Below, in pieces: positions 1-9,866 of a stretch of 64,000 nucleotides of DNA; position 1 is the first letter of the stretch; the number at the start of each line of letters is the position of its first letter. This stretch comes from an uncultured Planctomycetota bacterium (GTDB lineage: Bacteria > Planctomycetota > Planctomycetia > Isosphaerales > Isosphaeraceae), in contig CAWJTV010000034.1 of the NCBI GenBank assembly GCA_963845755.1, positions 672,001 to 736,000 on the forward strand, read 5' to 3'. The position numbers and the translations under genes are program-made. The notes under the pieces were generated by a model. It made no database searches. It saw nothing but the letters and a program-made list of their open reading frames with translations, and was not told the origin of the DNA.

Positions 1-6
1 CATTTC

Positions 7-110
7 TGGGTTCGTTTTCCGCAAAATCCTCCCGGAAGCTGGGCGCGTTGGCTTTGTTTTCATCGAATTCGCGTTCAACCAGCCGTGGGATGGCTTCGTT
101 TTGACGAATC
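7..110. repeat. Three degenerate TGGSTTYGTTTT motifs at 42-bp periodicity
   Basis: tgggttcgtttt at 7, tggctttgtttt at 49, tggcttcgtttt at 91; spacers differ. Confidence 0.55.
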
Positions 111-446
111 CGCGCCGACTCTTGACCCGTCTCGAGCCATCCGCCATTCGGCAGCAGGGCGTCCTGGCCTCGTATCGACGATTGAGCCATCTCGCGATCG
201 CCGAGTGCATGGATTCGTGAGTTCCGATGTTTCTGTATCGATCCACTTGCTTGCATCATTTCGTCGCGCACCCCGAACGCCCAGGCAAGTCCCGTAACCT
301 TAATGATTATACACACTTTTTCGAGCTCAGCATCTCGGCCCTGCGTTTTTTTTGGGACGGGGGCTGGTGAGATGGAGACGACGGTCAGCATGACTCCCAG
401 GAAGCCATCGACCCCGAGCGTACCGTTGAGCGGCGAAGCGAAGTCA

Positions 447-1827
447 GGTTCATCCGGCAGAAGCGCGCGCGGGGTTGAAAAACGTGGACACACTGATTCC
501 ACTTGGAGTTGTGTCAAGAGACTCCAAACCGGGAGGTCAGCATGTCCACCAGTTTTTTGTACCATGCCTTCGGCATCCGGGGCTACCAGTACGTGCGCAC
601 CGAGTATCAGAATGGTCAGGTGATCTTCACCATTCACCAAGAACCGGAGACCTACCGGTGTTCGGCCTGCGGTTGTCGTCAGGTCATCTCGCGGGGCCAG
701 GTCGAGCGCCGCTTCCGATCCTTGCCCATTGGCGGCCGAGCGACGTTCGTGGTCTTCCCGATCCCGCGCGTGGAGTGTCAGGCGTGTGGAGTGGTGCGTC
801 AGGTCGAAGTCCCCTTTGCCGACCCCAGACGGAGCTACACCAAGGCCTTCGAGCGGTATGCGCTCGAGCTGTCCAAACGCATGACGATCCGCGACGTGGC
901 CGTCCACTTGGGGGTCGGCTGGGACGTGATCAAGGACATCCAGAAACGCGACCTGTCGCGCCGCTTCGCCAAGCCCAAGCTCAAACATCTGCGGGCCATC
1001 GCCATCGACGAGATCGCCGTCGCCAAGGGGCACCGCTACCTGACGGTGGTCATGGACTTGGAGAGCGGCGCCGTGGTCTTCGTCGGCGATGGCAAGGGGG
1101 CCGATGCGCTGAAGCCGTTCTGGAAGCGACTGCGGCCCAGCGGGGCCAAGATCCAGGCGGTGGCCATGGACATGTCGGGGGGGTATCAGGCGGCGGTCCG
1201 GACCAACCTGCCCCAGGCGAAGATCGTCTTCGATCACTTCCACGTGATCAAGCTGTTCAACGAGAAGCTCTCGGACCTGCGCCGGGCCCTGTATCGCGAG
1301 GCGACCGACGTGCAGCACAAGGCGGTCCTCAAGGGGACGCGGTGGCTGCTGCTGAAGAACGCCGAGAACCTTGACCCGGAGAAGGATGAGAAGGGTCGGT
1401 TGCAGGAGGCGCTGAAGCTGAACGAGCCGTTGGCTGTGGCCTACTACATGAAGGAGGACCTGCGTCGGTTCTGGGAGCAGCCGGGGAAGCAGTTCGCGAC
1501 GACGTTCCTGGACGGCTGGATTCGCCGAGCGGAGGCATCGGGGATCAAGATCCTGCAGCAGATGGCCAAGACGCTGGCGGCGCACCGCTCGGGCCTGCTG
1601 GCGTATTACGATGTGATGATCACCAGCGGTCCGCTGGAGGGGACCAACAACAAGATCAAGACGATGAAGCGGCAAGTGTACGGGTTCAGGGACCTGGAAT
1701 TCTTCAAGCTAAAGATCCTGGCGATCCATGAAACGAGGTATGCCTTGGTGGGCTGAGATCAGTGGGGCGTTACTACACAATAACTTGCGTCGGTGTCGAA
1801 TTCGCGCACGCTACTTCCGGATGAACC
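447..1827 (+). mobile_element. ISL3-family insertion sequence
   Basis: Terminal inverted repeats GGTTCATCCGGcAGaAGCGcGCGCG (447) vs reverse complement GGTTCATCCGGaAGtAGCGtGCGCG (ending 1827) enclose the transposase; no target-site duplication visible. Confidence 0.9.
542..1756 (+). CDS. ISL3-family transposase
   Basis: Zn-finger CxxC...CxxC, IAIDEI, AMDMS, FDHFHVIK and SGPLEGTNNKIK...YGFR motifs; likely start MSTSFLYH. Confidence 0.93.
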   Translation: MSTSFLYHAFGIRGYQYVRTEYQNGQVIFTIHQEPETYRCSACGCRQVISRGQVERRFRSLPIGGRATFVVFPIPRVECQACGVVRQVEVPFADPRRSYTKAFERYALELSKRMTIRDVAVHLGVGWDVIKDIQKRDLSRRFAKPKLKHLRAIAIDEIAVAKGHRYLTVVMDLESGAVVFVGDGKGADALKPFWKRLRPSGAKIQAVAMDMSGGYQAAVRTNLPQAKIVFDHFHVIKLFNEKLSDLRRALYREATDVQHKAVLKGTRWLLLKNAENLDPEKDEKGRLQEALKLNEPLAVAYYMKEDLRRFWEQPGKQFATTFLDGWIRRAEASGIKILQQMAKTLAAHRSGLLAYYDVMITSGPLEGTNNKIKTMKRQVYGFRDLEFFKLKILAIHETRYALVG

Positions 1828-1884
1828 GGACACCCTTTATCGCTGCCGACTCCTCGTATGTGCCGAACTGAACTACTTAAGAAG

Positions 1885-2021
1885 CGAGTGATTGATCGTC
1901 CGGACCGGTACGAGCCGAGGGCGGTGAAGCGGCGGCCGAATCCGCATCCGTTGCTGCGGATGGCCCGAAAGAGGGCCAAGGTTCTGATCAAACGAGGTAT
2001 CATACCCTACAGCAAAGCATA
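1885..2021 (+). pseudogene. C-terminal remnant of an IS4-family transposase
   Basis: Translates DRPDRYEPRAVKRRPNPHPLLRMARKRAK, closely similar to the C-terminus of the IS4 transposase ending at 8162 (RPDRVEPRARKRRPKPYPLL). Confidence 0.7.
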
Positions 2022-2127
2022 GCCTCATTCGCGGAAGAGGGTCGCCGCAACCTATTCAAGGAAGACGGCTTTGCGTTATCCTCGTGCGATTCGGGCCTGA
2101 TCCGCTCGGTGCGCTCGAAGAGGACAA

Positions 2128-3217
2128 ATGATGAGGATGCTGATTTATCCCCTGATCCTGGTGGTCGTGCTCTCCCCTCAATGCCGCGGACTTTCCCGCG
2201 CCGACCGGAGGGGACTTTGTCCTCCGAGACTTCCGCTTTGTCTCGGGTGAGATCCTGCCCGAACTCCGAATCCACTACCGCACCCTCGGCGCGATGCAGA
2301 AGGACCGGCACGGCGTCGTCCGCAACGCGGTCCTCATCCTGCACGGGACCACCGGCAGCGGCGCGAGCTTCCTCCGACCGGAATTCGCGGGAGAGCTCTT
2401 CGGCAAGGATCAGCCCCTCGACGCCGCCCGAACCTTCATCATCCTGCCCGACGGCATCGGTCACGGCGGATCGAGCAAACCCAGCGATGGCCTCCGCGCC
2501 CGCTTCCCGAGGTATGGCTACAAGGACATGATCGAGGCGCAACACCGGCTCCTGACCCAGGGACTCAAGGTCGATCACCTGCGACTGGTCCTGGGCACCT
2601 CGATGGGGGGCATGCAGACCTGGCTGTGGGGGCAAACCTATCCGGAATTCATGGACGCCCTGGTGCCGTTAGCATCCTTGCCGGCCCAGATTTCGGGGCG
2701 GAACCGGGTCTGGCGGCGGATCGTCGCCGACGCGATTCGCAACGACCCGGCGTGGGACCGCGGCGATTACCGGACCCAGCCTCCCGGGCTTCGGACCGCC
2801 GCCGAAATGCTCTTCTTCATGTCCAACAATCCGGTCGAGCGGCAGAAGGAGGCACCGACCCGCGAGCGGGCAGACCGGGTCCTGGATGAGTACTTGGCCA
2901 GGACGATCCGGCCGATGGACGCCAACGACGTGTTGTACGCGATCGAGAGCTCGGCGGACTACGACCCCGGACCAGGACTGGAGCGGATCACGGCACCGCT
3001 GGTGGCGATTAACTTCGAGGACGACCTGATCAACCCGCCCGAGTTGGGCATCCTCGAGCGCGAGATCAAGCGAGTCCGTAGGGGCCAAGCATTCGTAATC
3101 CGGCGGAGCGACCGGACGAGAGGTCACGGCACCCACACGCTCGCCGCCGTCTGGAAGGACCACCTGATCCGGCTGCTGCATGACATCAATCGCGGGGATC
3201 CCGGCGCGGGAGGATGA
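2128..3217 (+). CDS. Exported alpha/beta hydrolase, homoserine O-acetyltransferase-like (5' part frameshifted)
   Basis: LILHGTTG, GTSMGG nucleophile elbow, GHGTH; upstream frames give a signal-like MMRMLIYPLILVVV and GDFVLRDFRF...LRIHYRTLG. Confidence 0.8.
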
Positions 3218-3220
3218 ACG

Positions 3221-4726
3221 ATGTGGCGATCGCTCTGGTCCCGACTGCAACGACGACCACCCAATGTCGTCTGGATCTGCGCCGACGATTTCGCCCCCTA
3301 CGTGAGCCGCACCTACGGCAACCCACTGGCCAGGACACCGAACCTCGACCGGCTCGCGGCGCAGGGCATCCGCTTCGACCGAGCATACTGCGCCTGCCCA
3401 CTCTCGACCCCTTCGCGGATGTCGTTCCTGACGGGTCGTTATCCCCGCTCGGTCGGCGTCACGCTCTCACGGACCGCGCTGCCGGAAGACGAGGTCACGA
3501 TCGGGACCCTGCTCAGGCGGTTGGGCTACGAGGCGACGGCGCTGGGGAAGACCCACTATTACGAACCGCTGCACGGCGAGTTCGATCGGTGCGTTGATCT
3601 CTTCGAGCACGAGGCATGGCTGGCAGCGAGGCCGTCCGAGCCGGTCCCGCCGAACGTCGAGGTCCTCGGACCGTGGCGACCGTTTTACGACGACGCCTCC
3701 GTGTGGCTCAATAGTGCTTGCCTGCCCTACGCCCCCGACGCCGAGATGCCGGATACCTTCTTCGCGGGCCTGGTCCCGCGTTATCTCAGGCGGAGTCGAT
3801 CGAAGCCGTTCTTCCTCTGGGTCGGATTCTATGTGACCCACTCGCCGTTCCGGTTCCCTATCGAATTCCGGGGCCGCTTTGACCCCTCATCATTTGGCCT
3901 GCCCGAGATCGTGCTCGACGACATGGACCTGATCCCGCCCGTCTTTCGGGACCTGACCGACGACGAGAAACGAGGGATTGCAGCCGCCTACTACACCTCG
4001 GTCGAGTACATGGATCGGAACGTGGGGCTCATCCTCGACGCGCTCGACCGGTCCCGCCACGCTGATGAAACGCTCGTGGTCTTCAACAGCGACCACGGCT
4101 ACCTGCTCGGGCAGCATGGTCGCTTCGAGAAGCACTGCTGCTACGAGGAGGCGGTCCGGTCGGCGCTGATCATGCGGATGCCTGGTGTGATCGCACCCGG
4201 CCGGACGACCTCGGCGCTGGTCGAACTCATCGACGTGGTGCCAACGATCCTCGAACTGTGCGAGGTCGATCGACCAGCCAACGTCCAGGGTAGATCCCTG
4301 GTCCCGCTGCTGCGTGCCGAGGTCGAACGGCACCGCGACCACGTCGTGGTCGAGTACGCTGACAACGCGGAAGCCATGATCCGGACCGAGCGTTGGAAGC
4401 TGGTCTATTCGGCGGGGAACCGTAGACGACAGGACGGATACGCCCTGGACGCCGTTGCACCGGGCAAGTCGATCCGCCTCTACGACCTGGAGGACGACCC
4501 GGGCGAACTCAGGGACGTGGCGGGGATGACCGGGAACGCCGCCGTGATCGGCGACTTGCTCGCCCCGCTCGCCGATCACATGCAGAGGACCGCCCGCGAG
4601 GTCGATCGGGTCCCACAGACCGAAGATATCCATGCCCTACTCTCATTCTGCCTGCCGCCGGAGCAGTCCGTGTGGACATCCAGGCTCTCCCAACGGAATC
4701 TCGATTCCGGCGGTGAGTGCCTGTAA
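3221..4726 (+). CDS. Formylglycine-type sulfatase (Ser-type motif)
   Basis: PNVVWICADD, TPNLDRLA, LSTPSRMSFLTGRYP, GKTH, NSDHG...HGRFEK, LYDLEDDPGE. Confidence 0.9.
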   Translation: MWRSLWSRLQRRPPNVVWICADDFAPYVSRTYGNPLARTPNLDRLAAQGIRFDRAYCACPLSTPSRMSFLTGRYPRSVGVTLSRTALPEDEVTIGTLLRRLGYEATALGKTHYYEPLHGEFDRCVDLFEHEAWLAARPSEPVPPNVEVLGPWRPFYDDASVWLNSACLPYAPDAEMPDTFFAGLVPRYLRRSRSKPFFLWVGFYVTHSPFRFPIEFRGRFDPSSFGLPEIVLDDMDLIPPVFRDLTDDEKRGIAAAYYTSVEYMDRNVGLILDALDRSRHADETLVVFNSDHGYLLGQHGRFEKHCCYEEAVRSALIMRMPGVIAPGRTTSALVELIDVVPTILELCEVDRPANVQGRSLVPLLRAEVERHRDHVVVEYADNAEAMIRTERWKLVYSAGNRRRQDGYALDAVAPGKSIRLYDLEDDPGELRDVAGMTGNAAVIGDLLAPLADHMQRTAREVDRVPQTEDIHALLSFCLPPEQSVWTSRLSQRNLDSGGECL

Positions 4727-4877
4727 GGTAAGTGACGGGACAGGAGACGTCTCGCAGGATCGGCATCCACGTTCACTCTCGGCGCCCGGTCCGGCTGCCT
4801 ATAAGACCCGATGACGATTAGGCACGTACGAAGATCATGATGGGCCCTCGCTACGGTGAGGCCGGAGGAGAACGTCC

Positions 4878-6284
4878 ATGAGCGCGTCGCCCTACTTCGA
4901 GGATGCGGCCGATTATCACGACTGGTGGTTCTTTTCCGGCACGGGCCTGGGTGCGGCGACCCCGGGCGAGACATTGAAGCGTCTCCATGACCAACTGTCC
5001 GAGGCCGGCGCAAACACGGTGATCGCGATCCGGTTCCTGGATGAGAACGAACGGGGCATCGACCCGCAACTCTGGCGCAGGGCTTTCGTCTTCGGGCACG
5101 TGGGCTTGCAGGTCACGCTCAGCTTGCAGGCGCTCGAGGCGATCGGGGCGGTCGGGATTGTTAGGGCCCTGCGATCGTCCCACGGCGAGCCATCCTTCAT
5201 CACCCAGGCCCAGGAGATGGCGAGGTCCGGCAACTATGACACTGGGGAACTCCCGGAGATCCACAAAGGGCTGCGCGAGAACATCGCCATCGGCATGTCG
5301 CATGTCCTGGGCGATATCCCCGAGGGGCTCCAGGCGGCAATCCCACCGCCCCGACCGCCCGAGGGGGTCGAAACGCGCGAGGTCCTCCGTCGCCTGATCG
5401 ATGCGTACGTCGCGGCTCACCAGGAGGATCTGGGCCGTGATGTGGCGAGGTACGGCGACTCGCGCCGGCACCCCGACTTCGATCCCCGGCGCGCCCGGGA
5501 AGAGCGGGCGCGGCGGATCAACCATTTGAACGATCAGGGATACCAACGCAATGCGATCGACGGCCTCCGCGAGCGGCTCGATAAACTCAAGGCCCTGGCA
5601 GAGAACGAGTCGCCCGAGTCGCCCCGACTGAACAAGGCTTTACGGAGCGTCCTGGAGGAATACGAGGGCTTTGGCAAGCATCCCCCCGAAGACCTCACGC
5701 TCGAGGTCGCGGCGTGGCTTCGCGAGGTCGAACGGTTCCGCGACGCCCATCCCGACGCGCTGGCGCCGAAGGCGAGCACGGACGAGAGCGTCAACGCCCA
5801 GCTCGCCGAGATCGGTCCGTACGAAGTGTCCTACGACCGCGAGACCCCCTCCATCCGGTGGCGAAAGCCGGCCGGGCTAGCCTGCGACTGGACCAGGATC
5901 CAGTTGAGTTTCAGCGTCGTCCTCGAGAAGAGGACCGATCCATCGTGCGTGAACGCGGCGCTCAACGCGCTGTGCGACGAATGGGGCCGATTCCGGGCAC
6001 GGTGGCCCGAGTTTCGTCCCGAGCTGGAGCGGTATGTCATAGACCTCTTCCGCAACGTGATCTCCGGTAACCTCCCCACCGACGAACGCGCAGCCTATGA
6101 GGACGACGACGGCGAACTATCCGAGGAGAAGATCCTGAGGGCCGTCAAGGGAGGGACGATCGTGCTGACTCGTTGCTTCGAGGAACCGGTAAACTCAGAG
6201 ATCTGCCTCGGTGTGCCCTGGGATGAGGAGCACGGGATCGAGGTGCAGTTCGACGCCGACGGCGAGATCCTCCTCTGGTTCTGA
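4878..6284 (+). CDS. Hypothetical protein with acidic C-terminal WDEEHG domain (DUF6985-like)
   Basis: 468-aa ORF with upstream GGAG RBS; C-terminal CLGVPWDEEHGIEVQF motif. Confidence 0.6.
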   Translation: MSASPYFEDAADYHDWWFFSGTGLGAATPGETLKRLHDQLSEAGANTVIAIRFLDENERGIDPQLWRRAFVFGHVGLQVTLSLQALEAIGAVGIVRALRSSHGEPSFITQAQEMARSGNYDTGELPEIHKGLRENIAIGMSHVLGDIPEGLQAAIPPPRPPEGVETREVLRRLIDAYVAAHQEDLGRDVARYGDSRRHPDFDPRRAREERARRINHLNDQGYQRNAIDGLRERLDKLKALAENESPESPRLNKALRSVLEEYEGFGKHPPEDLTLEVAAWLREVERFRDAHPDALAPKASTDESVNAQLAEIGPYEVSYDRETPSIRWRKPAGLACDWTRIQLSFSVVLEKRTDPSCVNAALNALCDEWGRFRARWPEFRPELERYVIDLFRNVISGNLPTDERAAYEDDDGELSEEKILRAVKGGTIVLTRCFEEPVNSEICLGVPWDEEHGIEVQFDADGEILLWF

Positions 6285-6462
6285 GGCGTCGTCCCTCGCC
6301 AGTCCTCTTAAATCAAACCGGACATGAAACACTTCCATAGGACTGGGCGTTGGTTTATTTGCTTCGCGGAGGGTCGGGGAGGGTCGGGGTCAGACCGAGT
6401 TTCAAGTTTTTTCGCGAGGCTGGATAAAGAATCTAGAAACTCGGTCTTTATTCCCCCCAAGA

Positions 6463-7650
6463 TTATTTTATCGAGAAATAATACACCTTCGAATCGTCGC
6501 TTCCGGCGGCGATCGCGGACGCATCAGCGGAGATTTGCATGGGCCAGCTCATGTTGCTTGTGGCGAAGCTCCCGACCAGCGTTCCGTCCGATTTGAACAA
6601 GTAGAAATCCCCCGGAGTCTTGTCGGGGTAGCCATCCGCCACCGTCACATATGAACCGGCCGAATCGATGGACGAACTGTTGGGATTGTGTTTGGTCGGC
6701 TGCGTCCAAAGCTGTTGTCCCGAAGTTCCGCCGTTGGCAAAAACAAAGACTTTGCCGGCAGTCTTGCTGTTGCCCACGGCCGATAGCAAGGAACCGTCGT
6801 CGGACAGCGCCACTGATCGGCATCCGCGGCATCCGGTCAAGGGCGCGCTCCAGGCCGGTTGAGGCTTCGTGCCGAAACTGGACGTCTGAAAACAGTGGAC
6901 GGCCGCGTCGCTCCCCGCGATGGCAAACGTCAACCCATCGGCCGACATCGCCACCCAATGAATCGAGCCGTTATTCAGTTGCCACGTCACGGGAGCACCC
7001 AAGGTCCCCGAGCTATTCTTCACGAGAATCACGGAGCCCCGGAACGTTCCCGCCGCGATCCACTGGCCATCGGCCGAGATCGCCACGGCCACCACGCTGT
7101 CTCCCGAGGCGATCGGTACGTTCTGCGGCGCGTTCCACGTCGTTCCGGTTCGCGAGAACAAGTAAACGTCGTCGGCTCCCGCGACCATGAAGGAGCCGTC
7201 GTTCGAGACGGCCACCATATTGACGCGAGTCTTCGTGTTGTAAGCGTAAACTCGTTTTCCGGAGGCGACGTTATAGACATAAAGAAACCCGTTTGCGGAC
7301 GCCGCAAGTCCTGCGGCGGCGGCCCACCGGCCGTCGCGCGACAAACCGACCCAATAGACGCCTTCTGTGGCCTGGAACTCGTCCTGCCAAAGCGACTTGC
7401 CCTTGGCGTTCCAGGCGAATGTCCCCACTGTGATGAGCTTGGCGTCCGCTTGACTATGCTTCGCTCCCGCGGCGTAAGGGAAAAAGAACGTCCCCGCAAC
7501 GATCGTCTGTCCATCGCCCGAGATCGCCACGGAATTGACATATTCTTGCGGCGAGGAAATCGGCGATTTCTTCCACGTTGGCGTCAGGCCCGAGGACTTC
7601 TTGCTCTTGGACTTTGTTTTAGACTCAGATGTCGATTTTGATCGGGCCAT
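6463..7650 (-). CDS. WD40/beta-propeller repeat protein with Lys/Ser-rich N-terminal tail
   Basis: Repeated V(A)ISxDGxxxxAG blades; GAGG RBS; visibly lower GC than neighbours. Confidence 0.8.
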   Translation of the reverse strand: MARSKSTSESKTKSKSKKSSGLTPTWKKSPISSPQEYVNSVAISGDGQTIVAGTFFFPYAAGAKHSQADAKLITVGTFAWNAKGKSLWQDEFQATEGVYWVGLSRDGRWAAAAGLAASANGFLYVYNVASGKRVYAYNTKTRVNMVAVSNDGSFMVAGADDVYLFSRTGTTWNAPQNVPIASGDSVVAVAISADGQWIAAGTFRGSVILVKNSSGTLGAPVTWQLNNGSIHWVAMSADGLTFAIAGSDAAVHCFQTSSFGTKPQPAWSAPLTGCRGCRSVALSDDGSLLSAVGNSKTAGKVFVFANGGTSGQQLWTQPTKHNPNSSSIDSAGSYVTVADGYPDKTPGDFYLFKSDGTLVGSFATSNMSWPMQISADASAIAAGSDDSKVYYFSIK

Positions 7651-7899
7651 AAGTCATTCCTCGTGTGGTTTTCGAAGTTGGGAAACGTCGCGAGTGATCG
7701 CAACCGGGATTTCCTCTATGAGCGCTGACCTGCTCGTCCGGAACTTCGGTCGGCTCAAATCAACACGCTTTGAACACCAGCCGCATTTCCGAGTCCAGGG
7801 AAAAATGGCGAGATTGGGCGGCCGGCAAGCCGGATGTCCGACCGGACGTTCCGACGGCCCCTTCGACTCCTTCCTCGCCCAGTCACCATGACCTCAGGG

Positions 7900-8123
7900 C
7901 AGACCAGTTCCCGCGCCTGAAAGGCGAAGCCTTCGGGTTCCGTTACGCGGACGACTTTGTGATCGGGGTGGCCCGAGAAGACGACGCCCAGCGCATCCGG
8001 GAGGTCTTACCCAAGCGGATGAGCAAGTACGGCCTGACGGTCCACCCGGAGAATGGAGAAGCGATGCCGTCTTCCCCGCGCCCGAGTGGTCCACGGCCTG
8101 CTGAGCGGCGTAGCGAAGTCATG
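7900..8123 (+). pseudogene. Group II intron reverse transcriptase/maturase fragment (RT5-7 plus extreme C-terminus, internally deleted)
   Basis: [19 protein letters not shown]...[16 protein letters not shown], then an out-of-frame IEP-like tail [17 protein letters not shown]. Confidence 0.8.
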
Positions 8124-8142
8124 AGATGAAGAGCCAGATGCG

Positions 8143-9744
8143 AATGGCACGTCCTGAAGCCCTAACCTGCATTGAGCAAAGCAGTTTTGGCTTGCTTCCG
8201 GGGCACGGTCAACAACGGGTACGGCTTGGGCCGGCGTTTGCGGGCTCGCGGTTCCACTCGATCGGGGCGATAGCCCTCCTCGTCGTCGGCGATCGAATTC
8301 AGGACGACGCGCCAGAGCCACGGCCGAGCCGGCGCCGACGCTTCCCGCAGGGCTGGTCCGAACTCCTGCACCGTCTGCAACGCCCCCTTGAAACTCAGCC
8401 GGCGCGGCTCGCGCCGGTGGGCCAATGACGCTCTCGCCATCAACGCCCGGATCACATTGTATCCCAACAGCGCCATCCAAATCTCCTTGCGCACCATCTC
8501 CGGCGTCTTGCTCCCCAGCATGTCGATCCCCAGCACCACCTTCAGCGACCGCAGATCCAACTCCACGTGCCACCGCTTGCGATACAATATCCCAACATCT
8601 TTTTTGGTGTAGATCTCCGCATTCAAGAGCGTCGTGACCACCTCCAGCACCCGCGTGCGGAAGCCACGCTGCTCGACGTGAATCCGGATGATCCGCACCT
8701 CCACCGTCGCGGCGACGCTCTCATAGGTCGCTTCGTCCATCCACTCCGGACGCGCCGGCCGGTCCCATCTGACGATCTGATCGCCCTGGCCCAACCGCCG
8801 ACCCCGGCGAAAGTCGCTCTTCCGCCGTTGATGGAGCCGGAACACGCTATCCACTCCACGCTGCTGCAACAGTACGATATCAAAATACGATCCATAATAA
8901 CGGTCACCCAGGACCACATCTCCCGGCTCCAACTCGTCCCGGAGGCCGCGAAACAAGGCATTTTCCCCGGTCTGCTTCCCCTGGTACTTGCCGATGGCCG
9001 CCTCCAGCACCGACCCGGTGGCCAGGCAGAAGATCACCACGAACCGGGCGATCGGAAAGCCCAACCCGGGCTTCTGGGACGAGAGCTGGGGATACGCCTT
9101 CTGGTTGGCCAGGGTATCGGCCATGATCGCCGTGCTGCCGTCGACCATCTTGACCCGGCGGCGGCACCACAGCCAGACCTCGGCCGCCCCTTGAGAGGTC
9201 TGGGCACCAAGTTGTCGCATCAAGCAATGAAGGGCCGATTCCGGCAGCCGGGCCCGAGCCTTGCAGTAGGGACCGGTGTCGGCGGCGTCGAGCTTCTGAC
9301 CGTGCGCAGGCCATCCAGGCGGACAGCCGCTTCAGCACCGCCCGGCACGAGCGATCGGCGCTGAGCCGCTGCCAGAAGAAGGCCCAGAAGGTCACATAGG
9401 GGGTGTAAAGCTTCGCCCTCCAGCGCCCCCCTTCCTCCTTGAGCACCTGCTCGACGGTGGCCTTGGGGAGGATCTCCTCGACGCCCAGTTCCGGTGGGAC
9501 GGTCCCGGGGTTGCGGAGGCGATGGAATGGGGCGCGGAACCGCGGTGTGGTAGACTGGGCCATGAGAGACCTCCTTGCGAGTGATGGTGTGGATGACACC
9601 CCCATCATCCGACAAGTGAGGTCTCGTTTCACCGCCAGAGAGACGGCCGGCGAGGCCGCCGGGGCCGGCGATCTCTAAGGAATTCATGGATGCGCTCCGG
9701 AATCGCCGTGTTGCAAGGAGGTTACGCCTTCAGGACGTGCCATT
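8143..9744 (-). mobile_element. IS4-family insertion sequence with 12-bp target-site duplication
   Basis: IRs AATGGCACGTCCTGAAG-c/g-C-c/g-TAACCT (24/26 match); direct repeat GAGCCAGATGCG at 8131-8142 and 9745-9756. Confidence 0.93.
8162..9563 (-). CDS. IS4-family DDE transposase (frameshifted, ORFs 8904-9632 and 8162-9223)
   Basis: VDGST, LGDRYY, LYRKRWHVELDLRSLK (YREK) motifs. Confidence 0.9.
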
Positions 9745-9812
9745 GAGCCAGATGCGTTTAACGCACGTCTGGATCTGTGGGGGGCCTGGGTGACCACCCA
9801 GGTCTACCCGGC
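9745..9812 (+). ncRNA. Group II intron domains V and VI (3' end remnant)
   Basis: GAGCCAGAT-GCG-tttaa-CGC-AC-GTCTGGATC folds as DV with AGC triad and AC bulge; followed by GGGGCCTGGGT-gacc-ACCCAGGTCT-A-CCC DVI with bulged A. Confidence 0.85.
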
Positions 9813-9866
9813 CCGACCCGAATACGCCGACCCGCACGGCCGTTGTCGTTTCCCGTCCACATCCTT

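Noticed and set aside
2128..3217. Naming the hydrolase metX
   Set aside because: The family resemblance is clear, but the apparent signal peptide and gene context argue against assigning methionine biosynthesis
7770..8129. YADD ORF as an intact retron, DGR or defence reverse transcriptase
   Set aside because: Only ~50 aa of RT remain, and the downstream DV/DVI structure identifies a group II intron relic
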